Counted from the first letter of the whole stretch, positions 11,324 to 26,000 are shown. The stretch: DNA of 63,452 nucleotides, filler included, from Platydemus manokwari (GCA_037951405.1; 6 parts of 6 records of this genome joined end to end with filler, not necessarily neighbours in it), one strand, 5' to 3'. The notes: generated by a model not told the origin, from the sequence alone. Numbers and translations: made by a program.

Positions 11324-14300
11324 CGAAAAGCAATAACTCATTAATTCGTTGAAAAATTCCATCTTTTCCATCATAATCTGATTTCCTTCATCTTTATTAG
11401 CAAAATATTTAACGTATATTTTTTTGAAATCATTCGCATAACGAATGAAACAATGGCCAATATCTTCTGGTAAAAAGCAACATGTTGTATTGCTTTCGGT
11501 TTTATTCTGATTAGTTGGATCGTATTGAGTAATTTCTGGTAGAAATACATTCTTATGAAAATCAAGAATTTCTTTGATATTGCTAAATAGCACATCTTTG
11601 CGCATCACCAAATCTTGTGGCACCTTTTGGAACGGAGAGAATATATTATTTAAACGATCATCTATAGAACGAAAATCACTTTTATATCTGAATTACTCTC
11701 GGTAATGGCTTTGTAATAGGTTTTTAAATATGTTTCCAGATCACTGACATAAAATATTTCCGTTTGGATCATTTCATTGATCAAATGGATGCGTTTTTTA
11801 GCAGCCTTTTCCTGAATCTGTGACACACCACTTGATATTGAGATTCCACTCGTGGCAGTTGTGTCTGTCGTTTTAGAACTGCCTCCACTGCCGGTACTGG
11901 ACATTGATGATCTACTTGAAATTTATTAATTATCAATTAAAAATTATAAATTTTATTTTTAACACATTGACGGACGCTTGCGTCTATAACCTTCAAAGCG
12001 AAGTTCATTATGTGGCATGACGGCAATAGCAGTCTAAAACGAAACGGTCTTTTTTTTGACAATGCGGCTATAGCAGCACAAATGTGCATTTACCGGCATA
12101 CAAAGAGAAGACTAGTGTCATGTTTTGGAAACAATTCTTTCGGTTGACTTTTGTTTTCCACCTATTACACGACTTGCAGCTGAAGTACGCACATAGTGTT
12201 AAATTTCGAACTTCACTTGTTCCTACTGTCCGTCAATGTGTTAATAAATAATTTTTTTCTTGCTCTTTCAATACACAAAAAAGAGATATCCTCATTATAC
12301 AGTTCACACCTCATTTGGAGTTATTTTGGGAGCTTAGGATCATTATTTTTCTTAATACATTTTTATTATAGCTTCAAAATAAAATCACAACCACATTGCT
12401 ATATTTGATTTTAAAGTTTAAAATTATAAATTTTTGCAAAATAGAGTAATGTCCTTATTTGTTCGATATACAGTCAGAAAATATATTAATAATGAAAGAA
12501 AACTATTGAATCTTCATTATGAAATAAATCAATGGAAAAACGAATGTGATAATTTGTAAATGAATTAAATTTTTAAAAATTTAATTAAAATAATATTAAT
12601 TGGTTTATATAATTGTATTTTAATATATACTTTAGTGTCATGACTTTGCAGTTCGTTTGCTATGAGTGAATTATAATATAGCAGTGCCTTACATGGCGAC
12701 CACACATCTGAATGCGATACTGAGAAGATCAATGACTGATCAAGGAGGAAAATAATGATAAGATATAAAGAATCTGTAGAGAAGATATGAAGGAAATACA
12801 AAAAGGCTATAAAGATTGAAGATTTTTACATAAATAAATATGTAAAGTATTTAATACAGAGACGATTAAGAATACAAAAAATAAAAGATTTTAAAGAAAG
12901 TGGGCTGTGAGAATTTGTACAGATTTTATTCAGATTTTACATAAAATTATATTAATTTGTTTAAATAATTGTATCTAAATATAAATCGGTGTCATGGCTT
13001 TTCAATTAATTTTTAAAGCGTGATTTATAAAATCGTAGTGTCTTACAATGTAGATGTCACAGAAAAAATGAATTAATATCAATTTCATAAAATAGCATAT
13101 CAAATATTTTTCCTTCTTATTCAACACAGTTAAATCGATTTCTCGATTCACAATGATGTCCGAATGGAAGAATTGATAATTAAAAATAAAACAAGATTTG
13201 TGGATTTTTAACTGATGAAGAAAAAAATAAAACACAGCTCAAGTTTTGAATCCAAATGTCCCAATTATATCAGTAAAAAATATATAAAATATCGAATTTA
13301 TTACACAAAACCATTGTCAATGTTTCATACTACTTATGTGCGTGATGAATTTTGTAATTCGTTTCGATAAATCCAAGTTTTGGTGAGAATATAAAAGATT
13401 TTCATTTATCTTGAATCATTATAATGGTTATGTTGACATGCTTATTAAAATAATAAATGCGTGTTTTCAGGATTAAAATCAAATTTAGAGAATTAAATGT
13501 TGATACAGCTGTTATATTAAAAGACATTCAATATTTATATCAAGCCCAGCCCGGTCTTGTGATATTTAATTTAATTTTTGGCTCATTGATTTGAATTTTA
13601 TTAATATCTCATGTTATTTCGATAAATGTTGTATAATATGAATAAATAAATAAAATATCAAAACCATAAATTATTACCTATTCAAATCTCCAGATCCATA
13701 ATTAGATCCTGAACTTAGTTGTGTTCTTAATTTAGTCGGTTGAGTCTGAGCTGATGGCAACTGACCCATTGCCATATTAGCACCAGCTACGCCGGTTTGT
13801 CCGGTTGATACCTGATTCGATTTTAGTAAAAATTGGTTGGCAAATCGTAAATTGAGTCGGTTTTTGATACTTTTAATAACTTCAATGTGTTGATTGAGAT
13901 TTTTAGACTCAAGATTGTGAATGAGTCTTCTATAGATTTCGTCTAATTTTGGTGAAGACACTCCAGCTTCATCGTAGTTGCTAATAAGCTCATCAGCTTC
14001 CGCCTTAGGTTTTTAATGAAAAATTTTCAATTGATTTTTATTCAAGATACCTTCACTCGAATAAAATCCAAACATTCATCAAGTCGACTTTTTCTGGCAG
14101 CCCAAGCTTGAAGAACAGCTTGTTCTTTAAGCATTAAATCTTTTATTGAAGCATCAACTTTTTCTTGTACACTAGCTTTGCCAGGAGTTTTAGCTGGTTG
14201 ACGCCCAAGATATTTGATAAATTGTTCCGATGTCCGCCTATATAAATCATACGAATTACATTTATCCCTGAAACGTAATTATCACCTTGCGAGTATGCAG

Positions 14301-17300
14301 GCCTTTAAAAATGCTTCCTTTTGTTCAAAATGCCTTGATAACAAATCTCCCAAATAAGTAACTTGATCTCCACGAGATGAAGCCTTTTCATTTTGACACC
14401 AATCTTCAGCTCTTCGATATTCTTTTTCAAGTGATCGCAGCACCGATGTGACCTGATCAGAAGTCTTGTACCTGAATTGAGAAAATATATTCAAATTTCA
14501 TTTTTCCTTTCACACAAGGAATATCAGAATTATTATAATGAAATGTCTGTCAATTCGATTGTTAGAAATGCTAATAAAATAATTTATCGAATAAATTGTC
14601 CTTTGAACTTAGCCAGGAGAAATAATGAGTTTCATTGCTGGACAGCAACCATCCATGATAAAATGATCCAGAAATGACACCATCGGATGGAAAAAATGAA
14701 TTGCTTTACCATTAGGTATTGCAGTCTTGATAGTGCAGTATTCTGGTTACGATTAAATATTAAAGAGATACTTCTTGATGAGTGACATAACACCCCCCCA
14801 CTCACTCCCATCAATCGAATAACGCGATACATTTGTCGAACAGATTAATCACACGATAGGACATACAAATCATTCACTTGAAAAATATTTATTGTTTTAA
14901 TCAAATCAGAACTCAAAATGAGTTCGTATTCATTGGAAATAAAACAAGAATCATTTTAAAAATAAATCGATAAAAACTAACCAATTTCCAGCAGCGATGA
15001 GTAATTTATGTTTTTCTTCTGCAGCATAAACAAGTTTCTGCCATTGATCTGCTACCAATTCAGCAATATTCTGGGCTTCTTTTCTGCGAGAACAAATAGT
15101 CGAGGTTAAATTATGATTCGACAATTCAGAATTGACAGAGTTAGAATCACTCTCTGGTCCTAATTGATAGGAGATTTGTTGGATATACATTTCCGCAAAT
15201 GCAGCACAAGTAACTGCTTGTGGATGTGCTTCATTAAGTATGGGTTGGAATTTATCATGTTCCATTTGCAGTTGTTCAGCTTCAATGAGATTACTTGGCA
15301 CGAGAGCTGTTTGACGAAGCATTTCATCACATTGTGATATCCACGTCAAAACCTAAAATCAAATCTGTTGCGTTAATAAATATTTCCAAAATCTATTTTT
15401 TTCAAAATAACAGAAATCAAATGATATTCGTCGTTGACACAATTTTTTGTTCACGGAAACACAAATTTTATTTACGAAATTAAATAAAAACCGTCAGAAA
15501 AAAATAAATAACCTGTTGACTTTGTTGCTCCAATCTTCTCCAGTCGAGTTCGATTTTGAGTTTAATGTTGACTTCATCAACTGCCATCACCAGATCTGTC
15601 AATTCATAGCTCAATCGCTGTATTCTTTCCACAGCATATTCAGCACTATCAACAACACCCGAATCATTGGAACCAGAACCACCTAGCAAACAAATTATCA
15701 AGTTCAGTCAGCTAATAAATGGGAATCACACATAATGATTCTGGTATTTTCGTTTGTATCGTTTTAAGTATAATTTTTGTTTTAATGTGACATAATGGAA
15801 AAAAACATCTCAAAACAATAATTCTATTAATTATTAATTTTTATTTATAGGAAAAAGATATTTCTTCAATTTCTTATTTAATATATAATTTTTGTTTTAA
15901 TATCACATAATGAAAAAAAACATTTCACACAAATAATTTTATTAATTATTACTTTTTATTTAAAGGAAAAAGATATTTCTTATTTAATATATAATTTGAA
16001 AATAGTAATATAAAAATTCATCATTTTATAAAAACAAAAAATTCTCCTTTTTACCGATTATCGATGTGATAAAAACCAGCTCGTAAAGCAAAAAAAAACT
16101 ATTGAATTAATATTAAAAGAAATATTTTTATTAAATTAGAAAAGATAAATGGTTCATTATTGATTCTTGTCATTTTTGCTTGAACCGGGCTAGAGGAAAT
16201 TCCCTGAGCCGGATTTTTCCAACAATTTTTCGATTAAATACCAACAATATTTTTCAAAATATAATTACCATCAAACAACAAATGCACAAACAGATAACAA
16301 CAATGTCAACAAATTTTGTTGTTTTTTAATATTTTTGAGCTAGAATTGAGTACAAAAAATAATTCATACATATAAATGAATATCAAACTTATAAATATCC
16401 ATATATATTATTACAAACTATTTTTAAACCAAAACAATTTTTGCCTCCAATTGAAATAATCGACAATTCACCGCTGCATATTCTAATTTTCCTCATTTTG
16501 CTTTGGTTCAATGCACAATTAATCATCACTAAAAAAATCTGGATGAGCGATCTCACCAATAAGAAACTCATTTAGATATTTATGGAAAATTTCTTCAAAT
16601 AGTAAAAAAAAATAATAAAATAACGATATTAGTTTTAATCACGACATAACGGATATCAAAAGTTTCAATGGAATATTTTATTCTAATTTTTTTGTCCTCA
16701 GTTTATTATTTGTTTTTTTGTTTCTCAATTTGATTGAAACATTCATATATATTGCAACATCATCATCATCATCAAAATTATGAAGTAACAATTTTATTCA
16801 TTTACCATGACTTGATTTTGGTAACTTTAATCGTTATCTCATTTCATTATACAATAACGTTTCGCACTTCACTACACACACACGCGCACAGGTAAGTCAA
16901 TTTCATCAATTGGAAAACTGGATAAAAAGAATATTGAAATGGCACCTAAATAGATCATTTTTCAATTATCATCATTTTCATCATAGATTTTCGTGATTCA
17001 TTGATCACATTGGCAAACAGAAAAGTATGGATGTCCATGGAATTGAATTGGTAAAGAAAATTGAATAAAATACATTGCGCATCGATAAATGTAGCCATCT
17101 GATGCTAATAAGATAAATAACAAATCAAAAAAAATATAGATAAACCCAAGACAAGACGCTTGATTTGTTTATTTTTTCGACGATTCATGTGATTAAAGAT
17201 CAAAATTTGACAAAATAATAAAACGAAACGGGGTTGACTCTCATTTGGTGTGCATGGTTTAGTTTTACACGTGGGAGTTATATTGAATTTTGAATTGTTT

Positions 17301-20027
17301 AAATACATCAATTATTTTATTGAAAAATCTATAAATTATGGAGTATTAATAAAGAAGTGAAATAATAGTAATAACAATCAGCATGAGATGCAATCATAGA
17401 TATTAAAAAATTCGATTATTAATGATGAAGAAGAATGAAATAATATAAAAGATGCATTTACCGATCGGATTAATAAGGAAGAAAATACAGCAGATTCTTA
17501 TATATATATATTCACTAATTACCAGTTATAATTAATCGAAATAGAACTGTCAATATATCTCTCAGCTGTGTTTTGTCAATTCAATCATACTATGCTCCAT
17601 TGAAATCCCTTCATTAAAATGATATATTGAATATATAAATCAATTTTATGATGATAGAAACGAGTTGGTTATAAATTTTTAAAAATAATGGAAATCCATT
17701 ACTTTCACATAATCTATATATATAAAGAAAAAAGTTGGAATGATATTGTCGATATAAATAAAAGATATTTTTACATCGATCTGAAATATTAAGGTCAGAG
17801 ACAGAGATGAAATTTAAGGTTAAATCAATTTAAAGACTTGATCAGGGTGGCATATACATATATAAAGCAAATCATAACAATAATAACATGATATTCTAAT
17901 CGGAATAAATTCAAAAATCATCGATTAAAATTGTAAATGGACAACATAAAAAAAATCGATAAAAAATAATTTCTTTCATTCCAAACAAATTGTTATTGAT
18001 TTGTTGTGTGACTTGATATGGCAGTAGTAAAACAGTAATCATATGCTTAATCCAACATTAGACAACATTCGTATTTCTTGTAAAATGCAAAATTCTCAAC
18101 ATCATATACACATATGCATATAATGGTGAGAATTGAATTTGTTATGACAAACAAATATGCAAATTATTTACGTAAAATTTGTATAAAATATCCATTACAT
18201 TACAATTTCCAACAGAGATTTCCAATATTATTTTTATGATCTAATTCACCAAACACCACACTTCAAGCAATAAAAATGCAATTGTATTTTTTGCTTCTAA
18301 TTTTTGTAACCGGAAATCACCAATAAATGAGTCCTTTATGATTAATATGGAGAAATCAAATTTAATCCATTAGACACGAACGAATAGGAAATAAAAACGG
18401 TTTGTTTTGTAACTGTAAAAAATATATATACATAAATATATTCTAATAAATATGATAAAAGCCCAATATTGCATTTCGATGGTTAATTATCCATTAGATG
18501 CAATGAAATGATAAATTTATTATCTATTTCAATCCATAAATAATATAATCAAAATATGACATCTTATATATAAATATGTGTGTGGTTGGTAGGTAGCAGT
18601 CAAAATCTCCAAACAGATTCAATTCAATTATCTATCAACAACAATTTTTTCTGACCATATATATTTATATATAATTTAAAATGATATAATTTAATAATAA
18701 TAATATAAAATTATATAATTTAAAATGTAATTTAATAATAATAATTATATAAATGACATAATTTAATAATAATATAATTTGATAATGATAATAATATTAA
18801 ACTACATAATTTAATAATAATAATAAATGACAATTAAAAAAAATATAATTTAATAATAATATAATGGTCATAATTGAACAATAATAATTTAAAATGACAT
18901 AATTTAATAATAATATAAAATGATATAATTTATTAATAATAATTATATAAAATGAGATAAGTTAATAATAATATAAATGATATAATTTAAAATAAAAAGG
19001 GAAAATAATTTTATTATTATTCTATCATTTTAAGCTAATAATGAACAATCTTTCTATAATCTAGGATTAAATCAATGAGGAGAATATCTTATTATTAAAA
19101 ATAATGAAATTTCGTCTCCAAGGAATAATTGTTTCATAAAAAAAACCATTGTCAGCTGTTTAATTTTTATTTAGTTAATCGAAAACGACATCTCATATTT
19201 CACAAATATTTGATCATCATCATCATCATCATCATCTCTTTCAATGACAATTGGAGAAATATATATTGATTATGTTATTATCGATTTATTTATTTGTTTT
19301 TGTGAGAATAATTAATTTTGAAAAAAGAACAAATTGTCAGGTGGTTCGATTTTTCTCCAGTTAATTGAAAAAATATATCATCTTTATATTAATGACAGCT
19401 GTATAGCTAGAAAATTGTCTTTATTTATATTATTATTTGAAATATATATTTCAATGATTTAAAATATTTGAACATAGACAGATAATAATCCACAATTACC
19501 AGCTGGAAAATTAACACCGACTGATTCAAAAGCTCTCGACAATTCCGATCCTTTCTGAATGACTTCTTCACCAGATTTTATCGCCGCCAAAAATGTTGCA
19601 GTAACTTCTTCCAATTCATTCATCGATCGGGCCAAACGTGGATCGATTAAAAAGTGGCATGTCATTGGTGTTGGCACTTCGTGTTTGAGACAATCAATAG
19701 CCGATGCTACATCAGCTTCAAACAGGCGTAACTGTAAACACAAATCGAGACGGACCTGACGTTCTGTTAGTAAATCTGTAGCCGTTTCTTTGTCACTCTG
19801 AACCTACCAATATTTGACTTGATATGTTTTGAAATGAGACATATCTTTATGAACCTGCATTAAAAGAACTTTGAAGTGATTCTTTTCGTCATCCTCTATT
19901 AATCTTGAGCATAAAGCTGATCCTTCCTTTAGTACCTTATCAGCTGCATCTAAGATGTTACGTTTTTCATTATGAAATCGTCTCAATTCATCTTCAACGC
20001 CTTCAATAGTCAATGGTAACATTTCGG
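11324..20027 (-). CDS. trio: Trio/Kalirin/UNC-73-family RhoGEF, internal fragment (spectrin repeats and first half of the DH1 domain); both ends lie outside this contig
   Basis: Nine GT-AG exons join in frame: 20027-19855, 19803-19500, 15682-15513, 15352-14982, 14471-14286, 14237-14051, 14003-13678, 11911-11680, 11623-11324. Trio-type spectrin motifs include RLDLCLQLRLFE, EAEQLQMEHDKFQ, VADQWQKLVYAAEEK, WYKTSDQVTSVLRSLEKEYRRAEDWC, HFEQKEAFLKACILARR and WAARKSRLDEC. DH domain start: KRIHLINEMIQTEIFYVSDL...LFSNIKEILDFHKNVFLPEI...LPEDIGHCF. Confidence 0.9.
11963..12240. mobile_element. piggyBac-type MITE (278 bp) in a trio intron
   Basis: Perfect 13-bp TIR CACATTGACGGAC ... GTCCGTCAATGTG flanked by TTAA on both sides (11959-11962, 12241-12244). 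Confidence 0.9.
15768..15985. repeat. Local tandem duplication, ~117-bp period, 2 copies
   Basis: TAATTTTTGTTTTAAT...ACATAATG.AAAAAAACAT...ATTAATTATTA.TTTT...GGAAAA.GATATTTCTT occurs twice. Confidence 0.8.
18661..18990. repeat. Degenerate AT-rich minisatellite (~30-bp unit)
   Basis: Recurrent AAATGA(T/C)ATAATTTAATAATAAT(AAT)ATA units. Confidence 0.8.
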
Positions 20028-20480
20028 CTAAAAATAATAAAAAATTATTTTGTAAAAGCTTTATATTTGTTATGAAAACATTTGTAGCGATTGTTAAAGG
20101 AGTTATTTTTTATATCAAGCATTATTATGAGCAAGAGCTTAAAATAATTGTTAACAAATGGTAAAGGAGAAAGAAATTCATAATAAATACTGTTGCCTTA
20201 TTTCAAAACTCGTAGAACAATTTAATTCAATTAACTTAGTAAATATCGTGTTTAGCAATTATATAAGCGAAACTTGTAGACAATTTTTATGAAATTTATT
20301 TTATATAATTATACATAATAATATAAAATAAATAGAAATAATATAAATTCAAATTCAAATTATTGTCCTTGGTCTCATTACTATCGCATACTGTATCGGT
20401 CTTATTTTGTATCTATTATTAATCTAAATATTATTATAATTATATTATAATAATAATAATTATTATTACAAGAAGTAATG

Positions 20481-20580
20481 NNNNNNNNNNNNNNNNNNNN
20501 NNNNNNNNNNNNNNNNNNNNNNNNTTAATTAATTAANNNNNNNNNNNNNNNNNNNNNNNNNNNNNNNNNNNNNNNNNNNN
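20481..20580. other. Artificial contig spacer
   Basis: N44-TTAATTAATTAA-N44. Confidence 0.97.
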
Positions 20581-21310
20581 AAGGATTCTGACACCAAATT
20601 TACCAATAATAAAACTACTTACTATAAAATAGATCTATTTTTGAAAGAATAAAAAAGGATGAATTAATTATTGATCAAAGAATGTTAATAATCCATCAGT
20701 AGATGAATTTCCTTCCAATTATAGACATAGAGACATACAGTTTCAAAATATAATAATTATGGAGGATAAATTGATTACAATATCAACATTTCAAATGTGG
20801 ATGTGACATCAGATTGTGTCTGATTGATCAGGTAAAGAAAGATTCGATTTTCGATATAATTATTTTTATTATAATCCATAAATCAATTTTGATGGAATTA
20901 ACTAAATAATGGCATACAAATCGAACGTCGATACTTTATCAAATGATAACCAATCGAATTTTACAGGCTTTAATAATCATTAATACGAGATAGAAGATGG
21001 AATTTATCAATTCTCATTTGTTATAAACCGATTTATTCATCGATGTGTTTCTGTAATACCATATCCTACAGACTCTTTGATTTTTATAAAGATTTTTATA
21101 AGTATTTATCCCATGCAGATAAATACTTTCGTCACACATTAAATTAGAATTATTATTTTTATCAAAATTCACGAAAAATAATATTTTGAATAAACTCAAA
21201 CAACTTTATTAACCAAAGATATCTAGCTAGAACATAATCAATTAAATTTCTTATAAGATCTGATTATTATAAAACTAATATGTATGAAATAATATGAAAT
21301 AATATAATAC

Positions 21311-23062
21311 CGGCTAAAGTCTTTTTTTCCAATGCCTCAAATAATGGTAGAATCGGAGCCAGATTGTCATCCATAGTAATAACCTGTGCTATCCAAGCTG
21401 CTCCTCTTCTCTCTCCTGTAAGTTTTGCCAATCCCAACAAAATGCCAGCCAGTTGGGCGTCCTCTAAAAGATCCGGCGTGTCTGCTAAACCCGGTAAACC
21501 TCCACTACGAGAACTCCAAGCAAGAAGTTCATCAATGCAACGCAAAGCTTCCAATTTGAAAGCCACTTCAAGTCCAAGATCAAGCCACTGATCCTGGAGA
21601 TAAGATTGTTCACTGGCTACATCGGTACCGCCATTATCTGGACTCAGGCCAAAAAGCCGTTTGAGAATGACTGTCGTAATTCCGTTTGGAGCAACCAACA
21701 AATGGATTAAGCTTTCATGATGCTGAGCAAATTCCCAAATTAATCGAAGTGCAGCAGATGTAAGAGTTTTCGATTGAATTTCGTTTTGGTCTTCACTGTC
21801 TGTGGCAGCAGCTGTTGCTTGTGCAAGAATCCAATCAATACTTGCCAATATATTTCTGCCAAGGGATAGTTAAATTCTTATTTGTCGTTATAATCGAAAT
21901 TGAATGATTTTCAAAACTTATAATTAAATTTGCCTGTGATTTAACTCTAAGAAATTTCCGTTTTATTATATTTTGTTTTGCTTATATATTCTATTAAATT
22001 CAAAAAATTGGTATTTATATTAAATAATTTTCATCATGTTCACATAAAATTCTGCCCGTGAAATCAAGCGTGAGTGATTAAAACAAAGAAATATATAATA
22101 ATCGAAAAATTTACTAACGTCGATTCCATCATGCAGAGCAAGTTTGGGTATGGATTGTGTGGTTTGTGAGCTGCATCGTCAAATAATGTCGAACATGGCA
22201 TACAACGCCTGGGATTGGCCTAAAACATGTCACATTCAAATTAAAACCATATTTGAATATATCGATCAATTCATACGATCAGATCACTGGCATGAATGAA
22301 ATAACGAATGATTTCTCTCAACAACATATTGGCCTCGTACTTCAATTTAATGACTTCTTTTTTTTCAATTGTGTTTTTCTTTAATCTGAAAATTGTATAT
22401 TGCATTACTTGGGAAAAAATCGATATTGTGCAATAAATTTTTTCATTTTTTATTACAGTTAAATAAGTATAAACCGTTATATGGATAGATGGATGAAGTT
22501 GGTTATTGACAATAAATGATTTTACCAAAATGCTCCTCTTTCACATTTTATGCTCTTATTAAATAATAGATAATCAATTAAAATCAATTATTAATGAAAA
22601 ATCAAATAAATAAAAACCTGAAAAAACGAAAAAACTATTTTTAAAAAATGTGATTACTATTAATAAAATTTAAATTTAAATAAAAAAACAATAATTAAAA
22701 CCTATTAATTATTGCTTCGAAATTGAGCAGAACTTCATAAAGATGAACTTTACTCAGAAGACGACAACAGGCCATACTGACACGAGCAGTCTAACAAATA
22801 AATAAATAATAATAATAATAAATGAATATAAGCAGTGAATTTCAATAATTACATAAGAGTTAACATCTTTGTCAATCAAGAAATACACCAGTCGTTGATA
22901 AGGTGTACGTGGCTCATGACCATTGACAGGTAGAGCAACGCCTATGAAATTGTCCAGGCCTACTTTGAGTCGTGTTGATAAATCAAGTGCTCGAATCAAT
23001 TGCAATTTCAAAGGCGTTGCAATTAACTTCAGTCCCAATAAATCTAGCAAGGCATGTTGAAC
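21311..23062 (-). CDS. virma: Virilizer/VIRMA (KIAA1429) m6A methyltransferase-complex subunit, internal fragment
   Basis: In-frame GT-AG exons: 23062-22853 (or alternative donor after 22865), 22790-22702, 22385-22277, 22219-22119, 21855-21311. Translation LKLQLIRALD...GLDNF...PYQRLVYFL...TARVSMACCRLLSKVHLYEVL...ANPRR...NPYPNLL...FKLEALRCIDELL matches remembered VIRMA blocks (LKLNAFKALD, GYQKLL, TVRV...ILQKCHFYEVL, DPYP). A further 32-nt exon at 24019-23988 (GINLQVQRLK) is possible but unconfirmed. Confidence 0.8.
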
Positions 23063-26000
23063 CTAACGATATAGATTTTTCATAAAATATAGACAATGAA
23101 ATGAAAATGGAACAAATCAGATGTGAAAACTGTATCAATCCCCAATATTGAATAAAACAGGATATATTTATAAATTTATTACGTGACCATCTTTGAGAGA
23201 ATAAATAAAGCTATCAACATAGACTTGGATAGATCACTCATTGTAATGGACAACCATATCTCCAGTATTGTTTGAGAATATAATAATTTAAATACATACT
23301 TCACCATATGGTTTTATTTAATCTTATGAATGAAGGCGTCATCAATTTATTCATATCAATTTATTTGTTTCCCCAATATTGATTGTAATTGCTTTTAAAC
23401 TCAAAATAAAACACCAAGACGTAAGGAATTCGAAGATTTGTTATTTAGTTCGTGAAGAGTTATAATTGCTATCAACTCTAACAAAACGACATTCTAATGT
23501 ACTTTAACAATTCAATTATCGGCTGTTTTTTTTCCTACTAATAAATTAATAATTTTCTTTAATTATAATTTTTTGAATATTAACATTTATTATGTCAGAT
23601 ATTGTTTATCTGATAAGTTTTAGTAAAATTATCGAAATATCATCATAATTTCAAATATTAAAAGTATTACTTTCAAAATTTGCAGTTAATAAAACTCTGA
23701 CAAAAACGAGAGATTTTTCTTTTGATATAAGCAAATCCATTGGAAAACAGAGTTCATTTATTTAATCAAATTCTAATGAATAGTTTTTTTAAAAAACATC
23801 ACAGGCACTTTATATTCTATTATTAAGAAAGCAATATTGATCAATACTCTGTGAATAAGTTAGATATTTCATCTCATTGATTTTATTGTTCACTCGTGTC
23901 ATCAGAAAGTTAAGAGCATCAATTTCAGTACACTAAGATTTACTGGTTACCATTGATATAATATTTCCGTACCACTGAGTTCCTTACTTTAAGTCGTTGT
24001 ACTTGGAGATTGATACCAACTATTCGAAATAAGAGAATAATTGCATATAAATGAATCGTAATGGTGTATATAAATATAATTTTGTAGATTTTCCTTATTG
24101 AAACATGATTTAATTTAGAATCCTTTTCTTATGAAATGTGTAAGGATCTAACATTCTAAAATCGATTGATCTGGAATAAGTTTCTTTAATAATCTTTAAT
24201 TTGCGATATTAGGAAGTTTTACTGAATTGATTTAATTATATCTTAAATATTGAAACACTTGAATAGTGATTTAATTTTTCAGAACATTTGGATTCTTTTA
24301 AAAATCATTGTTTCAATAATCGAGTGTTTTTAATAGCGCAAATCAAATAAGCTTTGAATTTAATTTAATTTCTGCCGTGCTTCTTGAAAAACAACAATTA
24401 ATATTTTCAAACAAATCAAATATTCGTGTCTAAACTTAATTTAAAATTTTTTTAAACAAAATATCGCAGCTTGATGATATTTAATAAACTTTTTTGGCAA
24501 ATGAATTTAAAACTTCGCTCAATAGTATTACAGTTATAAAATTTGTTAATGATTTTTCTACCATTGCTGATATTTTTATTGTTGTTGCCAGTGGCTCAGA
24601 AGATTTTCAGTGTTTTTGTGTATATTATTGTTCTATTCATGTTGCTCTGTTTTAAATTTTTATCCACTTTTACTTCGAAGATCATTATTTATGTACATAT
24701 TTTGTTATTAACTCTCATACACGTGGCGGGGATCATTTATGAGATCATTTTTGTAGTTTTGTTAATTCAAGATTATCAATTAGACAAAGCTAAGTTCAAC
24801 AAATTTAAGGAATGCATATACTGATTAATTAAAGAAATTTTCAGTGATCATTTTGGATCTAAGTTAAGACAAAGCACACCTCTTACGCTTTTGATTTCGT
24901 TTATGTGGGTATGAAAGGGTTCAACAATTCTTCTATCACTGTCAATCGTAAACGTAATTTTTATTTTATTTGAATGGGGAATAATAATGAAATTATAAAT
25001 AAACATCCAAATTGGGTTCTTATCTTTCTGTTAAAATATCTATTGAACATTGAATATTGAAAATAGTAATTTAAATCACAATGAATTACAAATTCTATTC
25101 ATTACCAAACACAATTTAAATCATACTAAATCAATGATAGTTATATCAAGGTGGGATCAGTATATGAAAGTCAAACAACCAAATAGAGGACAACCACAAA
25201 GACCAGTTGGCAGAAAATTCACTTAAAAGTCACAAAAAAATAAAAGTAGATACTATTGAAATCCATCTCCTTTTAAAGGCTTACTGTGTATGTTCACTTG
25301 ATGTCTCAGAGATTCTCTTTCACACGTCGGTCTGTTAGGAAATTCTATTGTATCTCTCGAGCTATTGGCGAATCTCGATGTTTTTTGCCAGTTGTTGGTA
25401 TGTGCGAGTTGATTAATGAATTTTTAACATGGATTGATTTATGGGAAGAATCTGATTGGTTATTGGGATGTGGGCTCCTCGAGTCTGTTTGTATCAAACC
25501 TTTGAGGGTTATTTTCGTAGTTTCCATGAATATTTTTGCTGTTTTAATAACCTACATAACATTTCTATGGAACAATTGTCATTGGAAACATATATTTATA
25601 GCAAAGTTATTCAGAGAATCTTCAAATCTTTCTACATCTCTATCTATTTTCATTGAACAAATTAACCTTATTATTTATGTTTGCTAAGGTACTGTTAATG
25701 TTATAATATGTATAAACTCGATAAAATATCACTTCAATTTTATCCACACATTTTTATAATAAAAAATCCAACTCATAATTTGATAATAACGTCACATAGA
25801 ATGAGATCGAGACTGAATCTAGATATCGTATATTTGTGGAGAAAAAAATCGATTTTTAGCGCCAGAGGCGAACTGGCATTTTTCACTTAATTCTTATTTA
25901 ATCAAAATAATATATTTTAAAATTGTTTTTATTAAAATTTCCATTAAATATTCGCAAAATACTTTTGATAAATTATGGAAAAATTAAATAGAAAATAAAA

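Noticed and set aside
16889-16897. Perfect CAG|GTAAGT donor antisense to trio
   Set aside because: A single 9-mer with no supporting exon or ORF; insufficient on its own.
19804-19854. Stop-codon readthrough in trio (in-frame TAG between two ORFs)
   Set aside because: The TAG is the acceptor of a 51-nt GT-AG intron.
21364-21591. Plus-strand ORF opposite the large virma exon (and similar ones at 19559-19759, 15447-15686 opposite trio exons)
   Set aside because: Antisense shadows of real coding exons.
11324-23062. VIRMA-Trio fusion gene (same strand, adjacent)
   Set aside because: The two fragments are on different contigs separated by the artificial spacer at 20481-20580.
24000-25690. Coding-like fragments on the minus strand (including 25345-25527)
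   Set aside because: Interrupted by many stops and lacking a diagnostic motif; probably old TE debris but not classifiable.
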